Source of the DNA: Eledone cirrhosa
Lineage: Eukaryota
NCBI GenBank assembly: GCA_964016885.1
Contig: OZ024748.1
Coordinates: 2,604,001-2,668,000, forward strand
Length of the DNA stretch: 64,000 nt
Direction of reading: 5' to 3'
The notes below the pieces were generated by a model. That model was not told the DNA's origin. It did not search any database and saw nothing but the letters and a program-made list of their open reading frames with translations. The translations under genes and the position numbers were made by a program. This document shows positions 25,931 through 40,005 of the stretch, one piece after another. Numbering within the stretch: position 1 is the first letter of the stretch; each line of letters opens with the position of its first letter.

Positions 25931-27590
25931 AATATAAGACACCTGATTATATAGAATGTAAGACACCTGATTATATAGAATGTAAGACACCTGATTATAT
26001 AGAATGTAAGACACCTGATTATATAGAATGTAAGACACCTGATTATATAGAATATAAGACACCTGATTATATAGAATATAAGACACCTGGATTATATAGA
26101 ATATAAGACACCTGGATTATATAGAATATAAGACACCTGATTATATAGAATGTAAGACACCTGATTATATAGAATATAAGACACCTGATTATATAGAATA
26201 TAAGACACCTGGATTATATAGAATATAAGACACCTGATTATATAGAATATAAGACACCTGGATTATATAGAATGTAAGACACCTGGATTATATAGAATAT
26301 AAGACACCTGGATTATATAGAATTATAGACACCTGATTATATAGAATATAAGACACCTGATTATATAGAATATAAGACACCTGATTATATAGAATATAAG
26401 ACACCTGATTATATAGAATGTAAGACACCTGGATTATATAGAATATAAGACACCTGGATTATATAGAATATAAGACACCTGATTATATAGAATATAAGAC
26501 ACCTGGATTATATAGAATATAAGACACCTGATTATATAGAATGTAAGACACCTGGATTATATAGAATATAAGACACCTGGATTATATAGAATTATAGACA
26601 CCTGATTATATAGAATTATAGACACCTGATTATATAGAATATAAGACACCTGATTATATAGAATATAAGACACCTGATTATATAGAATATAAGACACCTG
26701 ATTATATAGAATATAAGACACCTGATTATATAGAATGTAAGACACCTGATTATATAGAATATAAGACACCTGATTATATAGAATATAAGACACCTGGATT
26801 ATATAGAATATAAGACACCTGGATTATATAGAATGTAAGACACCTGATTATATAGAATATAAGACACCTGATTATATAGAATATAAGACACCTGGATTAT
26901 ATAGAATATAAGACACCTGGATTATATAGAATGTAAGACACCTGATTATATAGAATATAAGACACCTGGATTATATAGAATATAAGACACCTGGATTATA
27001 TAGAATGTAAGACACCTGATTATATAGAATATAAGACACCTGATTATATAGAATATAAGACACCTGATTATATAGAATATAAGACACCTGGATTATATAG
27101 AATATAAGACACCTGGATTATATAGAATATAAGACACCTGATTATATAGAATATAAGACACCTGATTATATAGAATGTAAGACACCTGATTATATAGAAT
27201 ATAAGACACCTGATTATATAGAATATAAGACACCTGATTATATAGAATGTAAGACACCTGATTATATAGAATATAAGACACCTGATTATATAGAATATAA
27301 GACACCTGGATTATATAGAATATAAGACACCTGGATTATATAGAATGTAAGACACCTGATTATATAGAATATAAGACACCTGATTATATAGAATATAAGA
27401 CACCTGATTATATAGAATATAAGACACCTGATTATATAGAATGTAAGACACCTGGATTATATAGAATATAAGACACCTGATTATATAGAATATAAGACAC
27501 CTGATTATATAGAATATAAGACACCTGATTATATAGAATATAAGACACCTGATTATATAGAATATAAGACACCTGATTATATAGAATGTA
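25931..27590. repeat. 24/25-bp minisatellite, roughly 68 copies
   Basis: Unit ataagacacctg(g)attatatagaat with an a/g variant; no unique spacers. Confidence 0.95.
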
Positions 27591-28186
27591 AGGCAAATAT
27601 AAATCAATAAATTTAGGTTGACCAATTTGGGAATCGAACCTGCGAAGTTTGTATTATTGGGATAGTTGTATAACCCTACATGTAGCCCCATAATACTTAC
27701 ATATACATACACAGTCACACTCATATATAAAAACATATAGTTACACACACAGTTGCACACACACAGACACACATACAGACACACATACAGACACATACAT
27801 ACTTGCATATACATATACACACAAAAACACAGTTACGTACACACACACACACACACACACATACACTCAACCACACACGTACGCACACACACACACATAC
27901 ATAAAGACATACAGGTATATACACAGACCCTTTCAAAAAATCAAAGATGACTTAGAGAGATATTGGTGAGGGGAAATGGTATAATTGTTGTTGTTTTTAT
28001 GAGACAAAACCCTTTGTTGGTGAATATTTAGAAGGGACCAATTGTCAGAGAATATAGAGAGGGGGAGTTTTGACCATCGCCGCTAGAGGTCACGTCCGTC
28101 TGTAGCTATAAAACTTACTAAACACGTCTAGATTGATTCTGTGTGTGTCTCTCTCGCTCTCGCTCTCTCTGTGCTGTGTGTGTGTG

Positions 28187-28249
<63 letters not shown>

Positions 28250-28373
28250 ATGTGTGTGTGTGTATGTGTGTGTGTGTGCATCGTTGGTCATTGGTGGTGC
28301 ATGCATATGCATATATGTATGTACGTAAAAATTAAGTATATAGAGGAATCCCTAAACGAAAATATAAATGTAA

Positions 28374-28484
<111 letters not shown>

Positions 28485-28485
28485 G

Positions 28486-28527
<42 letters not shown>

Positions 28528-28817
28528 TATATATATATATAGGGTGGTCAAGTATGAAACTTGTAGCAATTTGTTTTTTCTCTACAAATTTCTACAAATT
28601 CCATACTTGACGACCCACTATTTATATATGCATACACACGCATACACACACACACACACACGCACACGCACACACACACACGCACACACATATATATATA
28701 TATACACACAGGTGACTCTTATCTCTAAATGTTCATTAGTGTATGTATGTACACACGTGTGTATAGGTGTATATACATAGGTGTATAATTATGGATATAT
28801 GTTTGTGTATATGCATG

Positions 28818-28866
<49 letters not shown>

Positions 28867-28969
28867 GTATATATATATATACATATATATGTATATACAT
28901 ATATGTATGTATATATATATATGTATATATATATATATACATATATATGTATGTATATACATATATATG

Positions 28970-29001
<32 letters not shown>

Positions 29002-29804
29002 CATATATATGTATATACATATATGTATATAAATATACACACTTACATATATGTATCTCTCTCACCTCTCTCTGTAAATATATATATATATATAAACATA
29101 CATACGCATATATATATAGAGAGAGAGAGACTCACACACATACACACATGTACAATATACACCCTCTCCTCATATACACACATATATCCCCACATATATA
29201 CACATATAGCCACACATAGCTACACAGTAGACATACATACATTAGTTACATGTATAAAGTAAGACTATTAATTTGTGAGTGAAGTGGTGTGAATCAGTAC
29301 AACTATAGTTTGATGGTCAATGAAATGGTGGGCTTCTCTTCTATCTTAGCAGGCTTTTAACCAAGGATTCACTCCTTTTATGTGGGATGCAGCGGCGTTA
29401 AGCTTTTATTCCTAGATTTTGTCTCTCACTCGCTACATTCACGCCCCCCCCCCACACACTCTCTCTCACTCTTTCTGTCACACACACACACACTTATTCA
29501 CTCACAAACACACTCACACTGACACCGGCACATGCACATGCACTCGCACACATACACACACACAGACTCTGTGTGACACGCACACACTCACACACACACG
29601 CTCACACACATATACATACACATACACTCACGCACTCACTCACACACACACACGCACTCACACACAGACACACTCTCTCACACTCACGCAGTCACACACA
29701 CAGTGACACACACATTCGCACTCACTCAACACACACAGATACACACACATAGGCCACCATGTCAATTCTCTTGTCATCTCATCCACCAATATTCCATCAC
29801 ACCA

Positions 29805-31083
29805 ACATATCATAACATATCATATCATATCATATCATATCATATTATATCATATCATATCATAACATAACATAACATATCATATCATAACATATCATAT
29901 CAAGATATCATATAATATCATATCATATCATATCATATCATATCATATCATATCATATCATATAATACCATATTATAATATAACATATCATATCATAACA
30001 TGTCATATCATAACATAACATGTCATATCATAACATATCATAACATATCATAACATATCATAACATATCATAACATAACATATCATAACATAACATATCA
30101 TATCATAACATAACATATCATATCAACATATCATATCATAACATATCATATCATAACATATCATATCATAACATAACATATCATATCAACATATCATAAC
30201 ATAACATGTCATATCATAACATAACATATCATATCAACATATCATAACATAACATGTCATATCATAACATAACATATCATATCAACATATCATAACATAA
30301 CATGTCATATCATAACATAACATATCATATCAACATATCATAACATAACATGTCATATCATAACATAACATATCATATCAACATATCATAACGTAACATA
30401 TCATATCATAACATATATCATAACATAACATATCATATCAACATATCATAACATAACATGTCATATCATAACATAACATATCATATCAACATATCATAAC
30501 GTAACATATCATATCATAACATATATCATAACATAACATATCATATCAACATATCATAACATAACATGTCATATCATAACATAACATAACATATCATACC
30601 ATACCATATCATATCATATCATATCATATCATATCATATCATATCGTATCCTATCATATATCATATCATAACATGACATATCATATCATAACATAACATA
30701 TCATATTATAATATAACATATCATATCATAACATGTCATATCATAACATATCATATCATAACATAACATGTCATATCATAACATATCATAACATATCATA
30801 ACATATCATAACATAACATATCATAACATAACATATCATATCATAACATAACATATCATATCAACATATCATATCATAACATATCATATCATAACATAAC
30901 ATATCATATCAACATATCATATCAACATATCATATCATAACATATATCATAACATAACATATCATATCAACATATCATAACATAACATATCATATCAACA
31001 TATCATAACATAACATATCATAACATAACATGTCATATCATAACATAACATATCATATCAACATATCATAACGTAACATATCA
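29805..31083. repeat. (CATAT/CATAA)n pentamer satellite
   Basis: Direct observation; 48-bp higher-order period in the middle. Confidence 0.95.
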
Positions 31084-31345
31084 AGTTGGTCTCCTCACTC
31101 TTGTCGTTACTTTACTTTCATACAGATATAGTGCAACAGTTTAGTCTACTTCCACCTCTTTTATCACCGCCACCACCATCACTACCATTACTACTACCTC
31201 CTTCTTCCCCCCCCCCCACACCACTATCTCCTACTCCTCTGCCATTCTCATCTTCTACCACAACCACTACCACCACCATCACCGGCACCATCACTACCAC
31301 TTCCTCCCCCACCAACACCATCAACTCTTCCTCCTCCATTTTCAT

Positions 31346-31910
31346 CTTCCAGTCACACCAAAAGCTCAGTAGGGCCTTGCAAGGGTGGAGAACAGCTTTT
31401 CTTTGCCGTTGTGGCTGACTCTTTTTATCAACATCTACAATAACACCAAGCTTGTACTTGATGTTAGAGACAGTCATTTTTATCGCCTGTAACAGTGGAA
31501 GGCAACCAGTTGTTTGTGCGATAGTAGGAGAGTAGAGAAGTCGTGGTTGTTGCCCGACATTCACGATTACTGTCAGTAAGATTGTGGGGGCACCCATTGG
31601 TCCAGCTTGGACACCTTCCCCATTGCATGAAGGTGGTTGAGGATGGTAGTTTACGATGCCCAAAATACTTCGGAGAGTTGACGTGATGTCTTGTGTTGGT
31701 CGTCTTCCACAAGCTTACGCAATTGCTTGTCATTCAAGGTCGATCTTCAAGGCGACAATCACCAGTAGGGAAGCGTGCGAACCAGCCCCTGGCACTGCTC
31801 TCAGACATGGCTGGTAAACCAAATGCATTGTTAATGAGACCACTCCATGCTGCTACAGATTTGAAGCCATAAAATAAACCTCAACGATTAAACGATTTGG
31901 AAAGATCCAT
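31346..31910 (-). pseudogene. Mariner-family transposase pseudogene (N-terminal half)
   Basis: Frameshifted translation: INNAFGLPAMSESSARGWFARFPTGDCRLEDRP...LRKLVEDDQHKTSRQLSE...ILNHLHAMGKVSKLDQWVPHNLT...VTGDK...LHPCKALLSFWCDWK (WVPHEL-like and TGDE-like motifs). Confidence 0.85.
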
Positions 31911-32401
31911 GTTGCTGCACATTTGACGGTGTAACAGAAAATGAGAAATGCACATTGTGCATACCAACGACACTTCATATCTATATGTGTCCGTATGTGC
32001 AACCTTCAACAGTTCCAGAAAACTCTACCAAAATACCGTCTTTTGAAAAAGGGAGGGACCATTCTGTTGAAGCCAATACTATTACTATCTATGGGGAACT
32101 CAGGGTGATGTTTTAGACAACTACTTGTGTCTTACAATGTTAAAGACGTGAGAGGTGTGTCATTTGGGGGGAGATTTGGCTGTTGTTTTAGGTGACCTAC
32201 ATTGAAATCTGTGTGTTTGTGTGTGTGTGAGTATGTTTGCGTGTGTTTGTGTGTCTTTGTGTGTTTGCGAGTATGTGTGTTGTGGTGTAGTGGTGGGGAG
32301 CGGGGCTCCTCTATTGACTCAAGTGACATATTTTGGGCGGAGTATGGGCGTGAGCAGGTTACAAACTGGAGGACAGACATTGACGGATAAACAAAGTAGA
32401 C

Positions 32402-32434
<33 letters not shown>

Positions 32435-32455
32435 TATAAATATATATATAGGTAT

Positions 32456-32488
<33 letters not shown>

Positions 32489-32666
32489 AATATATATATA
32501 TATACACATATATGTATGTATATAAATATATATATATACACATATATGTATGTATATAAATATATATATATACACATATATGTATGTATATAAACAAAAA
32601 AGGTTTCATAAAAATAAAAGATGATATACGATGCATGATAATCTGCTATCGATACAAAATCTTCTA

Positions 32667-32710
<44 letters not shown>

Positions 32711-32815
32711 ACACAGATATATATGTGTATATATAGAGCACATATCCTTGATATTAATACCAATATCAACAGAATGTAGAAAAACCATCAATCCAAAGCT
32801 GGTCTTGTTTGTTTT

Positions 32816-32897
<82 letters not shown>

Positions 32898-33289
32898 TGT
32901 GTGTGTATATATATATATTCTGTCTGTGTTTATTTATGTTTTATTTTAATACCTGTTCGATACAGATCGATAAAGATCAGCTAGGAGACATAACGTGTCC
33001 AGAAAAATAAACGAAAAATAAATACGATACATAAAAAAATGTCTTATATTTATTCGATATCTCTTTCTCCAGACCGGACCATGGTACACATACATATATA
33101 TATATATATACATACATACATACATACACATACATACATACACCTACATATACACACTTACAAAGACACATACACACACATAAACTCCCGCACAGTGTGT
33201 ATGTATATATACGTATATATACGTATATATACGTATATATACGTATATGTATATATGAATACACCCTGTTATAGGATACTTGTATAGCA

Positions 33290-33441
<152 letters not shown>

Positions 33442-33508
33442 CATATATACATACATATACATAGAAATATATATATACATACATATACATATATATATAT
33501 ATATATAT

Positions 33509-33757
33509 ATATTAATTCAAAATATTAACAAAGATAGACATTCGTGTTATCAAGTATATTTTATTATACATATTTCAGAGGCACTGAGCCACTGAGCTAT
33601 CTGAAATATGTATAATAAAATATACTTGATCACACGAATGTCTATTTTTGTTAATATTTTGAATTAATATTAAAAACTCCGGAAAACCATTTCTGTGGAG
33701 TGCTTCCAATCTATTGTAAAACTCATTCTTTGATTTATTCATTGAACCTTGTTTAAC

Positions 33758-33761
<4 letters not shown>
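33509..33761. mobile_element. Asymmetric fold-back element, same family as 45992-46403
   Basis: About 70-bp inverted arms (33509-33579 / 33600-33670) plus a unique tail to 33761; flanked by (TA)n; highly similar to the reverse complement of 45992-46160. Confidence 0.85.
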
Positions 33762-33822
<61 letters not shown>

Positions 33823-33846
33823 AGTATTATACACATATACATCGAA

Positions 33847-33905
<59 letters not shown>

Positions 33906-33911
33906 TCGAAG

Positions 33912-33959
<48 letters not shown>

Positions 33960-33964
33960 TCGAA

Positions 33965-34011
<47 letters not shown>

Positions 34012-34048
34012 CATCGAAGTATATATATATATACACATATACATCGAA

Positions 34049-34085
<37 letters not shown>

Positions 34086-34274
34086 TACATCGAAATATAT
34101 ATATATGTGTGTGTGTGTTTATATATATGTAAACGTTTTTCTTGAAAATAATGGTTGAGTTTTAGTAGTTCTTCTAAGACGAAGAGATACAAGAGGACGT
34201 CTCAGTGAAGACAACCACGCCACCTACGATGTAACTACACCAATAATAGAGATATCTACAAGAAAATGCAAAGA

Positions 34275-34307
<33 letters not shown>

Positions 34308-34879
34308 CATACATATATATATACATACGTACATACATGCATATATACATACATACGTACATACATACACATACATATGTAGATACATACATACATACCA
34401 AGAACAATGACACAAAACATCTCTCAATTAACATCTTGCTGTGCCATGGAGAGTGTGCCCAATATTCAGAACTGTTATATAATCAATCGCTTAGCCATAG
34501 ATCAGTATTGATATCGGTGGATCAGTATTGATATCGATGGATTACAGTTCATGTTGATGGATGGTTATTGATATTGATACGCTATTATCGATGACCATGG
34601 ATTATATGTAATATTCATGGTTTAGTATCCATGGATTAAATGGTCAAATGTTGAATTAGAAGTTATTAATTTGTTGATTCTGAAATATCTGCTGAATTAT
34701 CAGGAAAAGTAGACAGTCTGGATATCTGTTTTACCGCCTTTCATTTATTCCTTCCTTCTCTTGATCTCCAGATCAGCCAGACTATCACATGTCTTCGTCC
34801 GTCGCTGGTAACAATGCGTTTCTATTCCTTTCTTCCATTTTGATCCATATCGTTTGACTTTGTCGTCTTCTCGTCGTCT

Positions 34880-35275
34880 TAAAGGACTTCCGAGTTGTCT
34901 TTTAGAAACCACTCAACAACTGCATGGATTCATCTGTGGCCTGTGAACCTTGTAACTTATACAGCTCAGTAGAGGCCTTCCTAGTGATCTCCACCGGTGT
35001 TTTAAAAGCCACTCAACAACCTCTTGTGTTCACCTATGGTTTGTGAATCTTGTACCTTGTCCAGCTCAGCAGAGGCCTTCCGAGTTATCTCTTCCGGTCA
35101 CTTCGATACCACTGGACAACTGCATGGATCTACTTCTTGACTGTAAACATTGCAGCTTGTCCAGCCCACTAGAGGGCTTCGGAGTGGTTTCTTCCGGTCA
35201 CTTTAGATACCGATGGACAACTGCATGGATCTACATGTTGGCTGTGAACCACGTGACACATCCGGCCCAGTGGAA
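34880..35275. repeat. Degenerate 100-bp tandem repeat, about 4 copies
   Basis: acaac anchor ends at 34920, 35020, 35120 and 35221. Confidence 0.8.
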
Positions 35276-35472
35276 CTTGTGCTCTCAGTATTCTGCCATC
35301 CTATCTTTCACTCCTATCATCATCATCAACAACACCACCACCATTAATATCATTATCATCATCATCATCATCATCATCATCACCAACACACCAACACCAC
35401 CACCATTAATATCATCATCACCGACATCATTTTCCTCTCTCTGATCATCCTCAACGCCACCATTGCACCAAT

Positions 35473-35577
35473 CTTCTTCTTCTTCTTCTTCTTCTTCTTC
35501 TTCTTCTTCTTCTTCTTCTTCTTCTTCTTCTTCTTCTTCTTCTTCTTCTTCTTCTTCTTCTTCTTCTTCTTCTTCTT
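35473..35577. repeat. (CTT)n microsatellite
   Basis: Pure tract of about 35 units. Confidence 0.95.
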
Positions 35578-35849
35578 GGCCACATTCACAATTTCATTTG
35601 CCAACTTAGAGATTAATAAATTTCTCTATTTTAAAAATGTTTTGTAACAGATCGAGCTATAAATCTTATATAATTCATACAAAAATCCCTGCCCTCCCCC
35701 CCCCCCCCGGGTCTTGTTGTGGGGGTGCATGGCTGGAATAGCAAAGCTTTATTGGTCATTAATAGTAACATTACAAAAGCCATGCATGTCCTTGTGTTGT
35801 TCTGTTGTGTATGACCTTCAAATGGGGGGGGGGGGGGGTAACATAACAG

Positions 35850-36504
35850 AGAGAGATAGAGAGAGGGAAAGATGGGGTAGAGAGAGAGGGTAAGGAGGTA
35901 GAGAGAGAGAGAGAGAGAGAGGTATAGAGGGTGATATATATATATAGAGAGAGGAGGTATAAAGGGAGGGAAAGAGGGGGAAGAGAGAGAGAGAGAGAGG
36001 TATAGAGGGTGATATATGTATATATATATATTGAGGAGGTATAGAGAGAGATAGAAGGATGAGGGAGAGAGAGATGAGAGAGAGAGAGAGAGATATAGAG
36101 AGATGAGGGGGAGAGAGAGATGAGAGAGAGAGAGATAGAGAGATGAGGGAGAGATAGATAGAGAGATGAGGGAGAGAGAGATGAGAGAGAGAGATAGAGA
36201 GATGAGGGAGAGAGAGATGAGAGAGAGAGAGAGATAGAGAGATGAGGGATAGAGAGATGAGAGAGAGAGAGATAGAGAGATGAGGGAGAGAGAGATGAGA
36301 TTGTATTATGTGTGTGAGAGAGAGAGATAGAGAGATGAGGGAGAGAGAGATAGAGAGATGGGGGAGAGAGAGATGAGAGAGAGAGATAGAGAGATGAGGG
36401 AGAGAGAGATGAGAGAGAGAGAGAGAGATAGAGAGATGAGGGATAGAGAGATGAGAGAGAGAGAGAGATAGAGAGATGAGGGAGAGAGAGATGAGATTGT
36501 ATTA

Positions 36505-36554
<50 letters not shown>

Positions 36555-36650
36555 GAGTGTGTGTGTGTGAGAGAGGGAGAGAGAGATGAGAGAGTGTGTG
36601 AGAAAGAGAGAGACACAGAGGCAGGGAGAGATAGAGAAATGAGAGAGAGA
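35850..36650. repeat. Compound GA-rich purine array
   Basis: Repeating gagatagagagatgagggagagagagat modules. Confidence 0.9.
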
Positions 36651-37264
36651 GTGTGAAGAATTGAATTAGATAAACCAGTTGTGTAAGAAATATTGCCTTG
36701 GAATATAGCAAAAGTCGAAATGTTGGAATGAAATAATATTTTAGAGGGAAATATTTCTCTAGATGTTTCGTTGCAACTGGCAATATAAATTGTTTGAAGG
36801 AAGAACCGTTACAGAACTGGATTGAAGAAACCCTTAAAATATAAAAAGTATAAGGATAATAAAATTTAAAAAAAAAGGATAACATTTTTAAAAAATAAGG
36901 ATAATAAAATAAAAAAATAAAGAAAAAAATGAAATAAAATAAAAAACAATAAAGTAAAACAGAAAATAGTACAAAAAATAAAATAAGAAAATAAAGAAAA
37001 AAACGAAATAAAATGAAAAAAAAAAATAATAGAAAAAACTAAAATGAAGTCATTTATGGTTCATTATAAATTGAGATCTAAATAATATGGCACCGTAGTG
37101 GAGTTGGAGGGAGGGGAGAGAGGACGGACGGACTAAAATACCAATAGTTAAAATACCAACTAGAAACAGTTTGGTCGTTTGGTCGTTGCAGCAGCAAAAT
37201 TATTGGCAGTTGCATCGAGATTGCAGTCACTGACTATTAAGTTTAGAACAAAAGGAAAGACCGG

Positions 37265-37835
37265 GCGGTAGAATAGTGATGGCGGCGGTGGTGTGTTGGT
37301 GATGATGATGGTGGTGGTGGTGGTGGTGGTGGTGGTGAAGGTCGTAGGGACGGTGGGGATGGGGATGATGGTGGTGAAGGGAGGGGAGCTTCCAAATGAG
37401 CATTGGATGGTAATATAGTGATGGCGGCGGTGGTGTGTTGGTGGTGATGATGGTGGTGGTGGTGGTGAAGGTCGTGGGGACGGTGGGGATGGGGATGGTG
37501 AAGGGAGGGGAGCTTCCAAATGAGCATTGGATGGTAATATAGTGATGGCGGTGGTGGTGTGTTGGTGGTGATGATGATGATAGTGGTCGGGATGGAGGTG
37601 GTGGGGGTGATGAAGGGAGGGAAGCTTCCAAATGAGCATTGGATGGTAGTATAGTAATGGCGGCGGTGGTGTGTTGGTGGTGATGATGATGATGATGATA
37701 ATGATAATGATGATGCTGGTGGTATTGGTAATGTTGATGATGATGATGATGATGATGATGATTAGTGGTGGGGATGGTGGGGATGGCGGTGGTGAGGAGA
37801 TGGGGAGGGGCGTGCTTCAAAATGAGCATTGGGTG
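37265..37835. repeat. About 120-140-bp degenerate tandem repeat with (GGT/GAT)n cores
   Basis: gcttccaaatgagcattggatggta.tatagtgatggcggcggtggtgtgttgg recurs about 4 times. Confidence 0.85.
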
Positions 37836-38424
37836 GTAGTGCTGGTGGGTTTCAAAATGTACAGTGGATGGTAGGAACTGTTGTGGGTGAGTGGGTGAAT
37901 GGGTGGGTGAGTGGGCAATGGTATAAAAAGGGGAGGGAGAGAGAGAAAGGGAGGGAGGGAGAGTGCGATGGTGTTAGAGGTGTGATGTCATCCAAAGAGC
38001 TATTTTTGACCATTCCCTTTTGATTATAAGGAATGTTAATGAATCCCTTGCGATATGATTGATAGGAGTGATCAGTTCTTTAGACAGTAGGACGATTCCA
38101 CGTGAACAAGGCGGATCAATCTTCTCCTCACAGTCAGTCTACACCTTCACTACGTCGAGTACTTTTATCGATTAATTCTCCTCCTTTAGTGATGGTGTTG
38201 GCGAAAATGGCGTCTCTGTTGTCTGTCTCTCCCTCTTGCTCTCTCTCTCTCTCCCTTTTTATCTCTCTCTCGCGCTCTCTCTCTCACTCTCTACCTCTGT
38301 CATTCTAACTCTCTATATCCCTCGTTTTATCACTGTCTCTCTCTCTCTATCTCTCTCTTTGTCTCTCTCTCTCTCTCTCTCCTCCCTCTCTCTGTCATTC
38401 TATCTCTCTATATCCCTCGTTTTA

Positions 38425-38471
<47 letters not shown>

Positions 38472-39219
38472 ATCGCGCGTTCTCTCTCTGTCTCTTTGTG
38501 TCGTTCTCTCTCTATCGCTCTCTCAATACCTCTGTCGTTCTTTCTCTCTCTCACTGTCATTTTCTCCCCCCCTCTCTCTCTCTCTCTGTGGCTATCTCTC
38601 ACTGTCACTTTAACTCTCTCTCTCCCTCCCTCCTCTCTCAAGACATGGCTATTGCTCTTCGGCTCATGTCAATGATTACGTGCCGTTGAAATATAATGGA
38701 AACAACAAAAAAACCCCACAAAAAACAAAAGTAAAATAAAAACCCAAAACCCAAAACACCAACATAAAGACACACAGACACATATAGAAAAGGTTTCGTC
38801 CATCGGCCGTGCTTAAATGGGGTTTGTGTGTTCTCAGGCACAACGTATCTCGTCTATCATATTTCGTCACTTATGGCAGGACGTTAAAACAAAAAAACAA
38901 GAAAACCAAACCTTGTTCTCGTTTTCGATCTCGTTCTCTTCTTCACCGATGTTTCCGGTGTGGTCATGGTTTGTCTGTTAAGAAGTCAAAAACGAAATGA
39001 TCTTTGATATAATCGATGAAGATGAAAATTAAAACTAAAAAAAATATATAAAGAAATGAATAAATAAATAAAATCTATTGACAAAAACAACAACAACAAT
39101 AACAAATAATAAAAAACACATGTAGTTATTAGAGCTGGAGTGAAATTTCAAGAAAAATATTTATCTTCTAGGAAAATTTATGAGACAAAAGAAACTTTTC
39201 GAAGTTTGTTGAATAATTC

Positions 39220-39298
<79 letters not shown>

Positions 39299-39424
39299 AT
39301 ATATATATATACATATATATATATACATATATACATATATATATTATATACATTTATATTTATATATATATATGTATATATATATATATGTATGTATGCA
39401 TGAATGTATGTGTGTGTCTATCTC

Positions 39425-39471
<47 letters not shown>

Positions 39472-39514
39472 ATATATACGTCTATATATACGTCTATATA
39501 TATGCATATATATA

Positions 39515-39576
<62 letters not shown>

Positions 39577-39643
39577 GCAGCATTACCCTCCCAAACTACA
39601 ATATATATATATATTATTGGCAGCGTTACCCTCCCAAACTACA

Positions 39644-39678
<35 letters not shown>

Positions 39679-39956
39679 CATATATATATATACATATATA
39701 TATTTAAAATGAAGAGAGCCAAGGTTATCAAATTACCCCCCCCCCCCTCCCACACACACATGCATATATGTGAACATGTATGTCACAGTACGTTGATTAT
39801 TTTCAGTAATAAAGAATTTAAAAACAAATTAAATCAATATTATTGGTTAAACATTCGATATTTAATATTTATGATATATCATTACATCTACTAATTATTT
39901 TAATCTTTTCTTGATTTGAAATTATTGAACTTATAAAATACATTTTCATTTTATAC

Positions 39957-39991
<35 letters not shown>

Positions 39992-40005
39992 TGTATGTAT
40001 GTATG

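Noticed and set aside
25931-27590. CRISPR-like regular repeats (also 10303-10503 and 62575-63655)
   Set aside because: Head-to-tail units without unique spacers, no cas genes, eukaryotic context
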